Program-made: the position numbers and the translations under genes
In this document: one piece after another, positions 43,096 to 58,977 of the stretch
How positions within the stretch are numbered: position 1 is the stretch's first letter
Layout: every line of letters starts with the position of its first letter
Notes under the pieces: generated by a model
Database searches by the model: none
What the model was told of the DNA's origin: nothing
What the model saw: the letters and a program-made list of their open reading frames with translations, nothing else
Assembly (NCBI GenBank): GCA_964016885.1
Contig: OZ024758.1
Span: 1,178,001-1,242,000, forward strand
Direction of reading: 5' to 3'
Length of the DNA: 64,000 nucleotides
DNA from: Eledone cirrhosa
Taxonomy: Eukaryota

Positions 43096-43145
43096 TCTTG
43101 TCTGATGAATCTGCGATAAACAGGCAAAACTCCAGGGTAATAAGA
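43096..43145 (+). ncRNA. Type I hammerhead ribozyme motif, family D, plus arm (GAAA mutated to AAAA)
   Basis: TCTTGT-CTGATGA-aTCTG cgataaa CAGGc-AAA-AC tccagg GT-A-ATAAGA. Stem I TCTTGT/ATAAGA. Confidence 0.6.
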
Positions 43146-43273
43146 CCCACTTTTGAGTATATATCGTCAGTCGATCGACATTCGTGAAATCGGACCGAGG
43201 AAACAATGTTTCCATGGGTCTTTCCAATTGCTAATACTATATATCTTCTACAGGTAGAAGTTGTATTACACTA

Positions 43274-43342
<69 letters not shown>

Positions 43343-44293
43343 CATGTATCCATGTATTTATGTAGCCATGAATATAAGCGAGTATTTGTGTATGTTTTAT
43401 TTCAAATATATGCATACGACCATGAAACACACACAGACACACAAACTCATATATTTCTGTATGTCTATATATATGTGTGTGTGTGTATGTGTGTGTGTGT
43501 GTGTGTGTGTCTGTGTGTGAGAGAGAGAGAGTATGTGTATATATATATATATAAACGTGAACACGTGTATGATATTTATTCGCTATACTTACTGGTTAGT
43601 ATAACCGTAAAGAGATTTCATGCCCGAACTATTCCCGAACTATTATACATCAATTATGCATGGATTCAGTTAAGAAAGTATAAAATTATATATGCTTTTA
43701 TTGTGGACTAATTTTGCAATGGGGCAGACACTTAGACATAATACTTTTCGCAGAAAACATAGTCGCACGTTAATATGGTACAATCTTTCTTGGATGGATT
43801 ACAAAATACAACAGGATAAACTTTCGACTTTTTATTTCGTTTCCTAAAGTTTGGCAACCGTCCGATAGGGGAATATTTGTCTTATATTTTTTACGCGTTT
43901 TTTTTTTATGTGGTAGGGAGTGGATGGTGTGTGTGTATGAGTGTGTGTATAATTGTGTATATGTGATCATCTGTCTGTGTGTGTGTATGAGCGTGTGTAT
44001 AATTGTGTATATGTGATCGTCTGTCTGTGTGTGTGTCTTTCTGTCTGTGTGTGTATGTGTTTGTGTATGAGTGTGCGTAAAATTGTGTATATGTAATCAT
44101 CTGTCTGTGTGTGTGTCTGTGTGTGTGTATGTGTCTTTGTGTATGAGTGTGTGTATAATTGTGTGTATGTGGTCATCTGTCTGTCAGTGTGAGTCTTAAT
44201 AGTCGAATCTATCTGCATGTGTGTAATCAATCTGTATGTGTGTATCTGCATGTGTGTGTATATCAATGTGTGTGTGTATCTGCATGTGTGTAT

Positions 44294-44387
<94 letters not shown>

Positions 44388-44427
44388 TATATAAATGTGT
44401 GTGTGTGTATCTGCATGTGTGTATATA

Positions 44428-44522
<95 letters not shown>

Positions 44523-44729
44523 GTGTGTGTGTGTATCTGCATGTGTATATATATATATGAATGTGTGTGTGTCTGCCTGAGTGCCATCTTCAATTCTGTA
44601 TTATTTTACGTAATGTATACCTAAACCTCGGCTCACTCTGGATCTACCTATCGTTCTATCTATCTATATACCTATATGTTTCTCTTTCTATCTCTCTCCT
44701 TTCTCTCTCCTTACGCCCCTCCACACACA

Positions 44730-44776
<47 letters not shown>

Positions 44777-44875
44777 CTCATACGTATATGTATATATTTG
44801 CATGTGTGTTTAATATAACATAATAATAAAAATATTCAGACATTCAAATTGTCTTCGAAGTTCTAAAACGAGTAC

Positions 44876-44976
<101 letters not shown>

Positions 44977-46772
44977 GCGTGTGTGTGTGTGTATGTATGT
45001 ATATACGTATCAAATTGCGCGCTAGTAAGTGAAGTCTACGATAAAACTATATCTGTATACACACAGAGTGTATAACCAGGACTGAACCAGTGTGTATATA
45101 AATATATATAAATAGGCATGTAAACATGTCAGAAAATATGGAATTCCCTGTAAATTGAAAAAAAAAATGAGCAGTTTAAAAGAGAGCAGATCATTTGGCT
45201 TAACTAATGGTGAGACACCTGATCACCCACTCACGGAAGGACATCCGCACCCCCTGGGGAAACTCCATATAAAATGACTAATTGAAAGAAAGTTGAAAAT
45301 GTGTAGATCTTCCTCCTAGGTGCTCAGGTGTCTCACCAACATTTCAATCTAGGAATCTTCACTCGGTTAAACTGCTCTATCGAGGATAAATTGCTGGGAG
45401 TTTATATCCGTTTAGTACCTGGTACCGCAGGGGAGATTAAATAGTTTATTAACTCTGACCCAGTCACCTGTTTCACGCATGAGAAACTCCATAGTAAGTC
45501 ACTTAAAACTTATATACAGAAATCTATGTCACTTTTCTCCCTTTCCACATGCACTACTCCAACTGGACCATCTGCTTCTTTAACCCTTTCTTCATCCGGC
45601 CCTTCCAACTTTCTTTATATTATGGACATAACATTTTATTATAGTTACCCTCGCTCAACATTTCCTGAACTTTAGCACCCCCACATTCCTTTATCTATCT
45701 GAAATTGTACTCACTCTAAAGTCGTTTTCGTTTGTGTAGAAGTTTCCCAATAAGTAAATTGTGTACGTATAAAACAAGAGTGGACCCTAACAAGGCCAAA
45801 CTAATTTGTTGGCCCCGTTAAGGGCCAGAGTTTCTCATATTTCACCGGCCACATCACGAAATTATCTTCACACCGTCAGTTTGACACCCCCATCTCACAC
45901 AAAACTCAGTACCTCCCTCTCCTACATCAATCCCTTTCATCTTTTTCTCCTGTACATATCCTTGACATCTTTATATCTACAGCCCAGTCAACGTCTCATC
46001 AACTCCGTCTTCCACAAACCTACCAACTCTCACTATATCTTCTGTCACACCACTTTCTACCTCATGCACGCAGGACTGGGTTAGGTTGTGTTCTTGTTCA
46101 AAATACTTTATTTCATTTGCTCTAGTATACGTGCGCAGTTGAGATGAATGCCAATAGCTGTGGGTTTAGCCAAGCGATGGAATGGCGTCCTGCCCATTGT
46201 GGAGCATTGTAGATAGTCTGTTCATGCCATGGAAACCGAGATAAGTAAGGAACTGCTGAGCCTCGGGGCTAGAAACAGATATTAGACTTTTTAAAACAAA
46301 TTATTACTTCAGTCTATCGAAGTGATCGGCGTCCTATTACGTGTTGAAATTAACATCTCATCTCTGTATAGACCTTGCCTTGATCTATAAGTTTAAACAT
46401 AATTCGGATGTTATCATAAATGAATACACTAATTAGGTTACAAATCCAGCTTTATTGAAACAACACAAAGACGCAATGAATAGTTTGGCGCTATCTCTCT
46501 TGACCCAGAATTAGCTACAAAAGGTAATGGGAGACTTTCTAGCGTACACGATGTTATCAATATGTAAGTCAGTATTAATGGTAAATCTAAGGTCAAACCT
46601 TAATACCTTCGTTAAGTAAGTCTCGGTACTAAAAGGATAGAATCGTACGATATCAAATAGCGTGTACTTACAGTTATATCTGCCATGTAAACTTTGAAAT
46701 CAGTAACTTGCTGAAGTACTATTATTCTATAGCAGATATTAGTGGCTCAGATAATGTTATTATTAATTTAAT

Positions 46773-46962
46773 CGGTGGATTGGCCATATCAGTAGTGCGG
46801 CAGACACCATGCTTTACAGCACAGACTTATGGCCCTTTACGTTCTGAGTTCAAATCCCACCGAGCTTAAATTTACCTTTCATCCTTACAGGAGCGATAAA
46901 ATAAAGCACCAGTAATACACTGGGGTAAGTGCTGGCCTTGTGCCAAAAGCAGAAACAATTAT
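46773..46962 (+). mobile_element. SINE copy
   Basis: Family match; ATTTAATCG on both sides. Confidence 0.85.
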
Positions 46963-47526
46963 TTATTTAATCGATAAAATACTTTGTAACTTAACTTAGA
47001 TATGTCATCTTTTAAAGTTAGCTAAGATGTTTGGTTATCCTATTTTTACAACCGTTTGAGCCAATAAAATTTACAATCATCAATATTAATCTGTAACAAT
47101 ATCGACTTGTTTACAAAACTGTGCTGGTCATATTGCAAGATATTTCATAAGACATCAACATAGAGACTTTCGTCACAATGCGTTGGTAAATGTGCTCCGG
47201 TATAGGCATCTGGACAAAATGTCTTTACAATGTTTAATTCAAACAATCCTATATTAACGTTATTACAGGATGGAGTTTATATCTTGTAGATGGCCATTGT
47301 ATAATAGTAGCGGTGGACAGCTTAAATCTAACGGACGATAGACTAACAGTTGTAAGAGTAGATGCGTGAGTGTGTGTCTGTGAAAGATATACATATACAC
47401 CAGGTTCGAACACAAAGGAACCAAACACCCACTGCCACTGCCTCCGTGAAAATCTGTCTAGGTTCTCTCCGTTGGTTTAAAAAAAACAACAAAAAACAGG
47501 AATTAACCAATATTTAACCAATATTA

Positions 47527-47962
47527 TGTGGATTGGCAGTATCGGTAGAGCGTCAGGCATCATGCTTTGCAGCATAGAGTTATGTCCCTTTGCGTTCTGA
47601 GTTCAAATCCCGCCGAGGTTGACTTTGCCTTTCCTCCTTACGGAGTCGGTAACATAAAGTACCAGTAATACACCGGGGTATTTGCTGGCCTTGTTCCAAA
47701 AGTAGAAACAATTATATTTATATTTCCTCGGATGGTATGGTTTAACCAATAATTTACCGTGATGCCCATAAGGAGTTGTTATAATTGTTTCGACTTTTGG
47801 AACAAGGCCATCAAATACCCAGTACATTACTGGTACTTTATTTTATCGACTTCGTAAGGATGAAAGGCAAAGTTAACCTCGGCGGGATTTGAACTCAGAA
47901 TGGCAAGGGCCGTAACTCTATGTCTCAAAGCATGGCGTCCGACCTTCTACCGATACTGCCAA
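47527..47962. mobile_element. Tail-to-tail pair of SINEs (+47527-47715, -47780-47962)
   Basis: Two near-full copies in opposite orientation ~65 bp apart. Confidence 0.85.
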
Positions 47963-48197
47963 ATGTAAGGATGAATAAATCGTATAGTATATGTTTATAT
48001 AATATCGAAAGGAAGAAGGTTGAATATAAACACTGAATATCTTTGAGGTCTCGGGGTTTCTCTGGTTCATTAATTAATATATTTTGTGTATTGCTATTGA
48101 AATGATAGGAGTTGGCAGGACTATGGAAATTCAGTGTTTACAAAAGCTTTTCCTTCTATTTTGATAAATATACTTATAGATAATGAAGTGTGAGTAT

Positions 48198-48330
<133 letters not shown>

Positions 48331-48879
48331 TTGTATACGTAATTGTTTGACCGTGAAACAATTTATCTCTCGATGTATCTTCATTCTGTTCATATACCCA
48401 ATATCGACATCTTTTGTCTTTACCAATTTATAACAATTTAATAGGTCGCTATTCAGTTCCTAACTCCAGGAAAATGGCGATTTATAATTTTGGTTCTTTC
48501 AGTAGTTATAACCCAAAAGGTTTGTGTATATATTGTATGAATGTGTGTATGTATGTGTGGGTGGGTGTATGTGTGTGTGTGTGTGTGTGTGTGCAATCAA
48601 GTGTGTGTATATGAATGTGTTTGCAGCATGTGGGCGCACGAATTTATTATTTGGACTAACAGTCAATAATATATTCATGTCTTGTGAAATACGTGACTTA
48701 TAATATTTTAAAATACAACTGATTAGAGTTACGTAAAATATAAAACGTACTAGAATCAGATTGGTGAATAACTATTCATATTTCTTATCAACGATAGTAA
48801 GGTGCCATCTACTGAAGTCTTCAAACACAGTCTCTCTATCATTATAGAGTTTCCCAGATTTCAGCATCGATTAAAATAG

Positions 48880-49300
48880 TGTTGTCATGTAGTGAGAATT
48901 GACGATGATCGCATATCTAGGCAGTTTCTGTATGGTGAGCTGGTCGAAGATAATCAACCGGCGCACAAACCTAAATTGGGTTACAGGGATTGCATTAAAA
49001 GCGCATTGAGGAAGATGAAAATATCGGGGAATAGCTGGGAGAACGTTGCTCTAGATTGCCTTTCTTGAAGGAAACCGTGTTGAGCATGAATACCCCAATC
49101 GGTGTGCTTGTGAGGGCCTTTAGTTTGTTATGCATGAGTATCTTAGCATACAGGTTGATTTAAACTGTAAAGAATGTGACCGGTTATATCTAAGTAGGGC
49201 GGGCCATGCAATTATCGAGAAGCTATGTACACGGGGACACTGTCAACTGTTCATTGTATGGTGCATTTCTGTTTGTGGGGAGTGTGAAAAATAGTGTGTC
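48880..49300 (+). mobile_element. RTE-clade LINE 3' relic
   Basis: Translates DDRISRQFLYGELVEDNQPAHKPKLGYRDCIKSALRKMKISGNSWENVALD, typical of the RTE ORF C-terminus. Confidence 0.75.
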
Positions 49301-49808
49301 TCAGTTGGTGGACTGAAAAGTCATTTGAAACTGCCCCAAATATACGTACGTCGGATGAAACGTTCATAGCCACAAAAGTTCATAGTCTGATAAAGGTACT
49401 CTCATGGAATGACCCAATGAGGTTTATTTTTCAACATAGTCCCTGGAACAAAACAATGCTGTTATTAATAAGAGGAATTGAAATTAATGCATGCAAGATT
49501 TCACAGCCCTAGCATCATCCTTTCATAACCAGCCTATAGACATTGCAGCCGACCCTCATGTCAGATACAGATGGAAGTATTACAGAATTGTGGCAACGTT
49601 GGAGAAAATGATTTGATGAATTTATTCTCTTATTAGGATCTGAGTTCAATTCCCACTATTGTTAAACAATTCCATATCATCCTTTCGGGTTGATAAACAT
49701 AAATATCAATCAAGTTCTGGGATCGATATAATCGATTTCACTCTCCTGGAACTTTGTTGTTCTTTTACCTTAACTAGAAATCATTATGAAGAATTTGAAG
49801 TAAAGATA

Positions 49809-49899
<91 letters not shown>

Positions 49900-50232
49900 T
49901 GTGTGTGTGTGTGTGACAGCTCACACCTATGCAGGTTTAGCTGGTCTCCTCCAAGTTATATCTCGTTGGAGGTGTCTTGGGTGATTTAATGATAGGGATC
50001 CCAGTCCTATAAGTAAAGATAGGGAGAGATTTATATAGAAAGAGGGAGTAAGAGAATGAGAGAATGGTACTTATGCTGGTAATCTGGCAGACATATCTAA
50101 TAGGGAAGTGGACGGAGGAGAAACCTTTAAAAATGAAGGATTCTCTCTTGCTGATTTGGAATCCCGAGATGTTTCTCTATATCATTCCTTGCTTCTAGTT
50201 TTCTTCTATATCGCTTATCGTCCCCCACACAA

Positions 50233-50312
<80 letters not shown>

Positions 50313-50478
50313 TTATATACATTGTCCGTGTGTCTGTCTGTGTGTGTGTATGTGTATGTGTGTGGCGTGTGTATGTATGTATATATATACATTATATATA
50401 TGTATTATATACACTATATATATATAAAATATACATATATATATGCACATATAAATATATATATAAATATATATATAA

Positions 50479-50642
<164 letters not shown>

Positions 50643-50930
50643 TTCCCTATTACCATCACCCGCTAAGAAATTTTTTTCTCTTGCTCTCTCTGCTTCTGTT
50701 CGGTAAAAGGAAGCTCACTTGTAGTAAACACTTAACAACGTAAAGTGAAAAAAAAGTACTGACAAAATTTATGTCAAATGAGTTATCTTGTCTATCCAAG
50801 ATCGACTGACCTAAATTTGCATTTTGTATCTGGTTTGTCTGCTGATACACCTAAAAACATATAGATATATACATTAATGTATACACACATGCGAATATAC
50901 TTACGTCAATACAGAGAAACAACCGCATGT

Positions 50931-50965
<35 letters not shown>

Positions 50966-52589
50966 AATACATAATCGGAGAAAGCTAATAGCGATACTCC
51001 GGCCAAATTCCAACTCACTCAACAAACATCAGGAAATACCTGAGTATATTCTCAATGAAACGTTTGGGGTGCTAACTATATTGTATTGTGTGGATAATTG
51101 GCTGTATTATTTCGTATGAGATATATCAAATATATCATTTCCCAGACGACTCGTTTCATTATAAGATTTCTACAAGTTGGGTGAAAATATACGAAGTTAT
51201 GTAGAAGCTTGTATAAGATCAACAGATACTTATTCACGTGTGCTCTTATAAATCTTCAGTGGGTAACCCAATAATATTAATATTGATAACCAAATCAACA
51301 TCAATATTTATCAATAATAATCACCATCAGTGTTTGAGGGAGCTGCTAGGTTGTTAGTCCAGCAGTTCTAAAGAAAATCTCACACTGTCCCGAACATGGG
51401 AGGAAGGAAGCTACCGCCAAAAACAATACATGCGCAGGTCGTTGAACACTGAAAAGAATTCAAGCCACGTGCTAAGAACTCAATTGGATATGAAAAAATA
51501 TTCATATGTGCACACCGCTAAATGACACATATAGATATTTTATCGGGCAAAATAACAGAATGAGATACAAGAACAAACAATCAATATTCATATAAAAAAT
51601 AAATAAAGAGATTCATACCTTATATCGGGAAAGTTCATATCTGTTGCCCCAAGAGTAAATATATAAATACATAATCGGAGAAAGCTAATACAATACATAC
51701 ATAAAATTCTATTATTTGAGTGTACCTAAGAAATGGAGGTAAGTTGAGAAAACTTCTAGAGACGAAATAGTTATATCAAAGAGACAAACGAAAATAAGAA
51801 AAAAATGATGAGATAAACTAAGAAAAGAAACATCGAGTTGTGTCTGTGTCAAAGTAGTACAAGAGGCTTCATTTATTGCTAATCTAAAGATTGAAAAGTA
51901 ATTTGAGAAGTATGAAAACTGAAGTTTATTGTTTTATATTACTTGACACAGGTAGTAAAAATTAGTCTCGTATCTCAGGTCTTCAGACATCTTCTTGTTT
52001 ACAAGGACGTATAAATGGTGATTATTTTTTCTCTTGAGGACAAGACCTTATTTTAACGCAAAGAATTGTAATAGATTCTGCAGTAGACGTATTTTTGGCT
52101 ACTCAAGATATTGGCCACATAAAACATTGAATAAGATTCTTTGACTTTGCTTGACGTGTTGACTTTTACATCACCCAAAAACAAACCCCCCCCCCACCCC
52201 CCACCATCATCACCCCACCCCCCACCCCTCCACCAAAAAGCAATATCGTTGGCCTTATGCCTAAATCAGAAACCATTATCCTTATGATTATTATATCGAA
52301 ATTATAGCGGCTCACTTTCCGCTGTGATAGGAATTCGATTTAATTGATCTCAGTATTTGGCTAATATTTTTCTTTTTGTTGTGTTTGAAATAAAGAAAAA
52401 ACACTTTCAATACCTACTAATGTAAACTAAAGAGATATACACTGATATACTAACAGTACATTCTTCTTACATGATATATATTTTATTTTTCAGATGGTGA
52501 AGTCACAAATACTATTGGGAGATATGTTATCGATTACATTGATTACAATACATGATTGTTACTGATTTCATCGAGCTCAAAGCTTAAAG

Positions 52590-52742
52590 CAAGTCCAAAC
52601 CAAGTCCAAACCAAGTCCAAACCAAGTCCAAACCAAGTTCAAAACAAGTCCAAAGAGAGTCCAAATCAAGTCCAAATCAAGTCCAAATCAAGTCCAAAGC
52701 AAATCCAAAGCAAGTCCAAACCAAGTCCGAAACAAGTCCAAG
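52590..52742 (+). repeat. 10-bp tandem repeat (CAAGTCCAAA)n
   Basis: About 15 imperfect units visible. Confidence 0.9.
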
Positions 52743-53030
52743 CTGCTCTGCGATCTGTTCAAAGATTCCTTAAGCGAAAAGGATACTGTTGCAGAAAGAA
52801 GAAAGGAATTATGTGCTACAAGCACTGAGCCGAGAACATATATAAGCGGGATCTCTATAGAGTTAGGTTAGTTTCTCTCAACACAGCGAAGAAGCGACGA
52901 ATTGTGTACATGGATGAAAGCTTTACGAGCTTATTAGAACCATTGAAGACGATAAAGAGCCCAAAGATGGAGTCAGTTATGGTGAAAGTGATACTTCAGG
53001 CTGTAGTGATGAAGATAACTTTAATAAATG
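52743..53030 (+). mobile_element. IS630/Tc1-like transposase relic
   Basis: RSVQRFLKRKGY then RRIVYMDES (first catalytic Asp context), with the frame disrupted. Confidence 0.55.
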
Positions 53031-53099
53031 ATAAAATACTCTACTTATGACTCTAAGTTGTTTCATTTCCTCTCAAAATTGAAAAACGTTCATAATTTT

Positions 53100-53330
53100 G
53101 AACCAGAATTTCAAAACATGCATACCAATCTCTCCCACCCCACGCCATCGATGTTGTCCAAAAGAAAGGTAATGGCCAAAACAGCTTGGTTCCAGTGACG
53201 TCACTACTCAATTCTACATCTGAGTAAATTGAAGCAACCTGAAATAAAGTGTCTTGCTCAAGAACACAACGCAAAGCCCGGTTCGAGAGTTGAACTCTCA
53301 CACACACGGCCGGAGAGCAGCTGCCGGGGT
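53100..53330 (-). mobile_element. Second SINE family fragment
   Basis: Minus strand GAGTTCAACTCTCG (B-box-like) followed by GCGTTGTGTTCTTGAGCAAGACACTTTATT, a typical SINE body motif. Confidence 0.6.
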
Positions 53331-53397
53331 TCTGACTTTTTTCCTTTATATATATATATATATTAGATATTAGTTTGACAATGATATATATGTATAT

Positions 53398-53430
<33 letters not shown>

Positions 53431-54148
53431 CATATGCATACATATATATATGCATGTATGTATATGCTACTTATGACAATTTACTAATAAATATATATAT
53501 ATATGTATAGATGTTTTAGATGGTATTATAATGATATGCTGTGCTTCTTATATTATATTTGGTAGCCAATGAAATGGCTAGAAGCGACTCTACGCAGCTT
53601 CTTTCCCTGATTTGCCAGATTTCCACTCAGTTCCAGGACAAAATTATAAAGGAGATAGTAATAAAAGTGTTGATAATGATTGGGATACTAATATAGATGT
53701 CGTGAGTGCAGGGGTTGTGTTGTGTGGGGTGATGGTGTTGGTACAAGTGGAGATGGTGAAGATGGGGTGTATGAAGGGGGTAGAGGGAGAAGGGGACAAT
53801 AAAGTTGACTAGAGATGAGGAAGAAAGAAGTTGGTGATAATGATGTAAACAGCGACGATGATAGGGAAAGTTTTGGGAAACAACATGTCTTAGTCTGTGA
53901 CAGTGGGAGGGTTAGTGAAAGGAAAAGAATTGAGAGACAGGGGGAGGGAAGAGAGAGGGGGAATAGAGAGAAAAGGGAATGGAAGATAGAAGGTGAGGAA
54001 GAGAAAGAGGAACGAAATGAAGAGAGAGGGAGAAGGATGAAAGAGAGTGTGAAAGGGATTAGAGAGGGGGAAAAGGAAAGGAGTGAGGAGAGAAGGGATG
54101 AGAGAGGGGAAGGAAGAGAGAGAGAAGGGAAAGGAAAGAGAGAGATAG

Positions 54149-54209
<61 letters not shown>

Positions 54210-54436
54210 GATGGGGAAGGAGAAAGTAATAGTAAGGGATAAAAAGAGAAAGGTCAAAAAGAAGAAGTGTTGTATGTGATTGGTGCAACGTGAAAAAGGT
54301 CGGAGACTCGTTTTGAAATATACCGGAGATAAGAATTGGTAACGATGACTCAGGGAATGAGAGAAATCGATATTCAAATACATCAGGAATATATTTACAA
54401 ATATATATATATTTATATATACATGTACACACATAG

Positions 54437-54489
<53 letters not shown>

Positions 54490-54774
54490 TGTACATTCAT
54501 AGCAATATACATATATATGCACATACTCGCACATGCACACACATACAGGTATACATATATATATACACATACACACATGTACACACATAGCGATATACAT
54601 GTAAATATGCACATACATACATACACATACAGATATAAATATATATATGAACGTAGACACACTGATGCACACACATACATATATATATATATATATGCAC
54701 ATACACACTTGCACACATATACAGATATATGTATATATATATATATACACATACATACACACATGTATACAAAC

Positions 54775-54807
<33 letters not shown>

Positions 54808-55350
54808 TGCACACACATATACATATATGTGTGTGCATGTGTGTGTGTATATATATATACATATATGTGTGTGAGTGCATGTTCATAGATGTATCTGTGT
54901 GTGTATCTACGTTTGTGTATGTGCATGTATATCTGTATATGAATGCATGTGTGTGTATGTGTCTGTGTGTATGTGTGTGTATGTGTCTGTATGTATGTAT
55001 ATATATATGTATGTCTCTATATGTGTGAGGATGATCTAACACTTTCTTCTAATTTACTGTTCCTGTTTCTTCTTTCTTTTTCTTCGTTTTTCTGCATTAA
55101 ACATTATTGCGTTCTAACTTGCTACCTCTCCCTTCTTTCTTCCCCCCTCTCTCTATCTCTATATTTATTTCTCTCCCTCTCTCTGCCCCCTCTCTCTATA
55201 TATCTGTTTCTCTCTCCTCTTTCTCTCCCCCTCTCTCTATCTATCTTTATTTCTCTCCACCTCCCTCTATTTATCTTTATTTCTCCCCCCTCTCTCTCTC
55301 TCTATTAATTTCTCTCCATCTCTCTGCCCCTCTCTCTCTTTTTATCTATG

Positions 55351-56292
<942 letters not shown>

Positions 56293-56601
56293 TAAAGGTA
56301 TATATAGAGAAATAAAGGTATATATATATAAAGTATCTTTAGCAACGACAGAAGCGACCCAAACCAAGGTGGCTGAGAATCAGAATGCAGGAGTTTTAAC
56401 GAGAAAAAATAATTTAGCCTAATAACAAATGTTTTGATTATCCAATACAGAGAAAGCAAGCTTTGCTACACATGAATTTTTAACTTCAATTTTTGTACAT
56501 GTTATCACGATTCTTTATATAGGTACCAGGTACGCTTTTCAAACACTTTTTAAAACCATTTTCCTTATCAGGAGTTATTTTCAATATGTTGGCTACGGTT
56601 A

Positions 56602-56808
56602 GGGCGGTGGATTGGCAGTATCAGTAGAACGTCGGACAACATGCTTTGGAGTATAGAGTTACGGCTCTTTACTATCTGAGTTCAAATCCCAACGAGGTAA
56701 GCCTTGCCTTTCTTCCTTACGGGGTCGATAAATAAAGCAGCAGTAATGCACCGGGGTAGATTTAATCGACTCCCCCCCCCCCCGGCAAATTGCTGGCTTT
56801 GTGCCTAA
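56602..56808 (+). mobile_element. SINE copy with 20-bp TSD
   Basis: CAATATGTTGGCTA(C/T)GGTTA at 56582-56601 and 56809-56828. Confidence 0.9.
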
Positions 56809-57342
56809 CAATATGTTGGCTATGGTTATATATACTCGGAATCTAGTTATATATGCATGCATTATTCCCAGTGAGTTATACTCACTGGAATTATATTTTT
56901 AATCCCTACATTCTGGTGATCTTTACTTCATAGTCTTTATATGAATGAAGTGAATTTATTTCCTATGTCGAGTGTGATGTTGGATATTTTGATATGATTT
57001 ATCTCTTTCAGGGATATACTGGCATCCGTTGAACTTCATGTGTTGGGAAGGTTTCTCTCTTTTCGCTTTTTTAGCTACCTATGACAGTATTGTCTGGGAG
57101 TTAAATCTCTTTGTCTGTGTGATCCATCATACTTCAAATAATTGTCACTTTGACATTCTGTGAGATCATTTGTAGGTTTTTACCACACCTGTTTGTCTGC
57201 ATTCTATAGACCTGGCAATGTTTCCATAATATGAAACCTCCAATCTGTTATATACATTTATATTTTTATTTTGGCTAAGACTGAGCGAATATAAACAATG
57301 TGACTGTGAAGTAAAACAGTCGAACCCTAGTAAACTAGAGAT

Positions 57343-57468
57343 GGTCTCTATCGGGGTATATACTGTGTGTTGAATCAGGTCTCTATCGGGGTATATACTG
57401 TGTGTTGAATCAGGTCTCTATCGGTGTATATACTGTGTGTTGAATCAGGTCTCTATCGGTGTATATAC
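57343..57468 (+). repeat. 35-bp tandem repeat x~3.5
   Basis: GGTCTCTATCGG(G/T)GTATATACTGTGTGTTGAATCA. Confidence 0.95.
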
Positions 57469-58248
57469 AGCTTTGATTTTATGCTGCGATGAAAAACGGT
57501 TTAGTTTCAATCATGCCTTTCATAGTTAACTATAAGATATTTATTAATTCCATGAAGTATTAACTACGAAAGAAGATTTACTGCCAATATCTTTGGATGG
57601 CATATCATAATTCTGTTTGCTAGTAATATCTCCTTATTGTTCCTTTATGATTATCACAGTTTGTTACTTTACTATGTGTGTATTATATTTGTTGCCGGGG
57701 AGAGAGACAACACTTTCTATTTCACTTATGCTGTACCAATTTTTATAGTTTCCTTTGATTTTTAAATAAAAGGTCGGCCAAATGTCACTTTCTACTAAAA
57801 AAAATTCATAATTTTTTTTTTTTATTATTAAAATATTTTTCTTTCTTTTCTTTCAGATTAAAGTTGAATAAAAACAAGATCCGATTATGGAAAAATATAC
57901 TCGCCAAGAAAAATTTAATTTTGAGTTAATTTGTAATGTTTTATTAATGAAAATAGGTAAGAAGTGAGTTTTGATCCACCCTGTAAATAAATGTATAGTC
58001 TTTAATCAATTCCAAAAGTGTCAGAAGAGGATTAACACCTGATATATGTGCATATTGGGTCAGATATTTACATACTTCTAGCATTTCAGTAACAGCTCAC
58101 ATTTTGAGGGAGCGTGTATAGAGTTAAATAAACAACAGCTCTTATTTAGATATACGTTGATCGACCGGAAAATTACGAAGACTGCAGTCAACTTCAGGAA
58201 ATTTGAACTTAGAACTTAAAGGAAACTTAGCTAAATACATTTTAGAAA

Positions 58249-58607
58249 ACAGTGTATTCCCGGCATTCGCGGTCACGGTTATTCGCGAAATTTTCCTTAG
58301 AACTTAACTAATAATTGTTCGTGGAAACCATCGCATATTCGCGGAATCTTAAATATCTTCCAGGATTTTTTAATGGCTTTTTTCGTAGCAATATATATTT
58401 TGTAAGGCTAAATTATTAATAACAATATACCGTATTTTCCGGCCTATTAGACGCCTCTTCGCATGAGATGGTCCCTCATTTTTTTAAATTATATTTTGAC
58501 GTTTATAGGTATTTTTGTAGACCACGTCGAATATTCGCGTTTTTTTTTTTTGCTCTTTGCCGGTGCTATAGGAACAAAACCCCCGCGAATACCGGCGTAC
58601 AATTGTA
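58249..58607. mobile_element. pogo/Tigger-like MITE
   Basis: Imperfect TIRs CAGTGTATTCCCGGCATTCGCGG / CCGCGAATACCGGCGTACAATTG-TA. Confidence 0.65.
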
Positions 58608-58817
58608 TTTCTCCACCACTCTAACGATTCTACCAATCCACTACTCTCGTATCGCACATTTATTGCGTGTAAAATAGTATGTAAAATAGTATCAACTATT
58701 TATCTTTGCCTCTGTCTAATATGTTTTATTACTGATCACAACTATCTGATTGAAGCTAAGTAGATTCTCATTTCACAGATCCTATTACTCACTATGCAGA
58801 ACCTATATATATATATA

Positions 58818-58876
<59 letters not shown>

Positions 58877-58920
58877 CATATATATATATAATCGTATATA
58901 TAAATGTATATATACATAAA

Positions 58921-58977
<57 letters not shown>

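Noticed and set aside
52556-52828. ORF with SPNQVQ/KSK repeats
   Set aside because: It is the product of a 10-bp tandem repeat joined to a transposase relic.
57343-57468. 35-bp repeats (also 62711-62805 and 63404-63920) as a CRISPR array
   Set aside because: They are head-to-tail with no unique spacers, there are no cas genes, and the context is eukaryotic.
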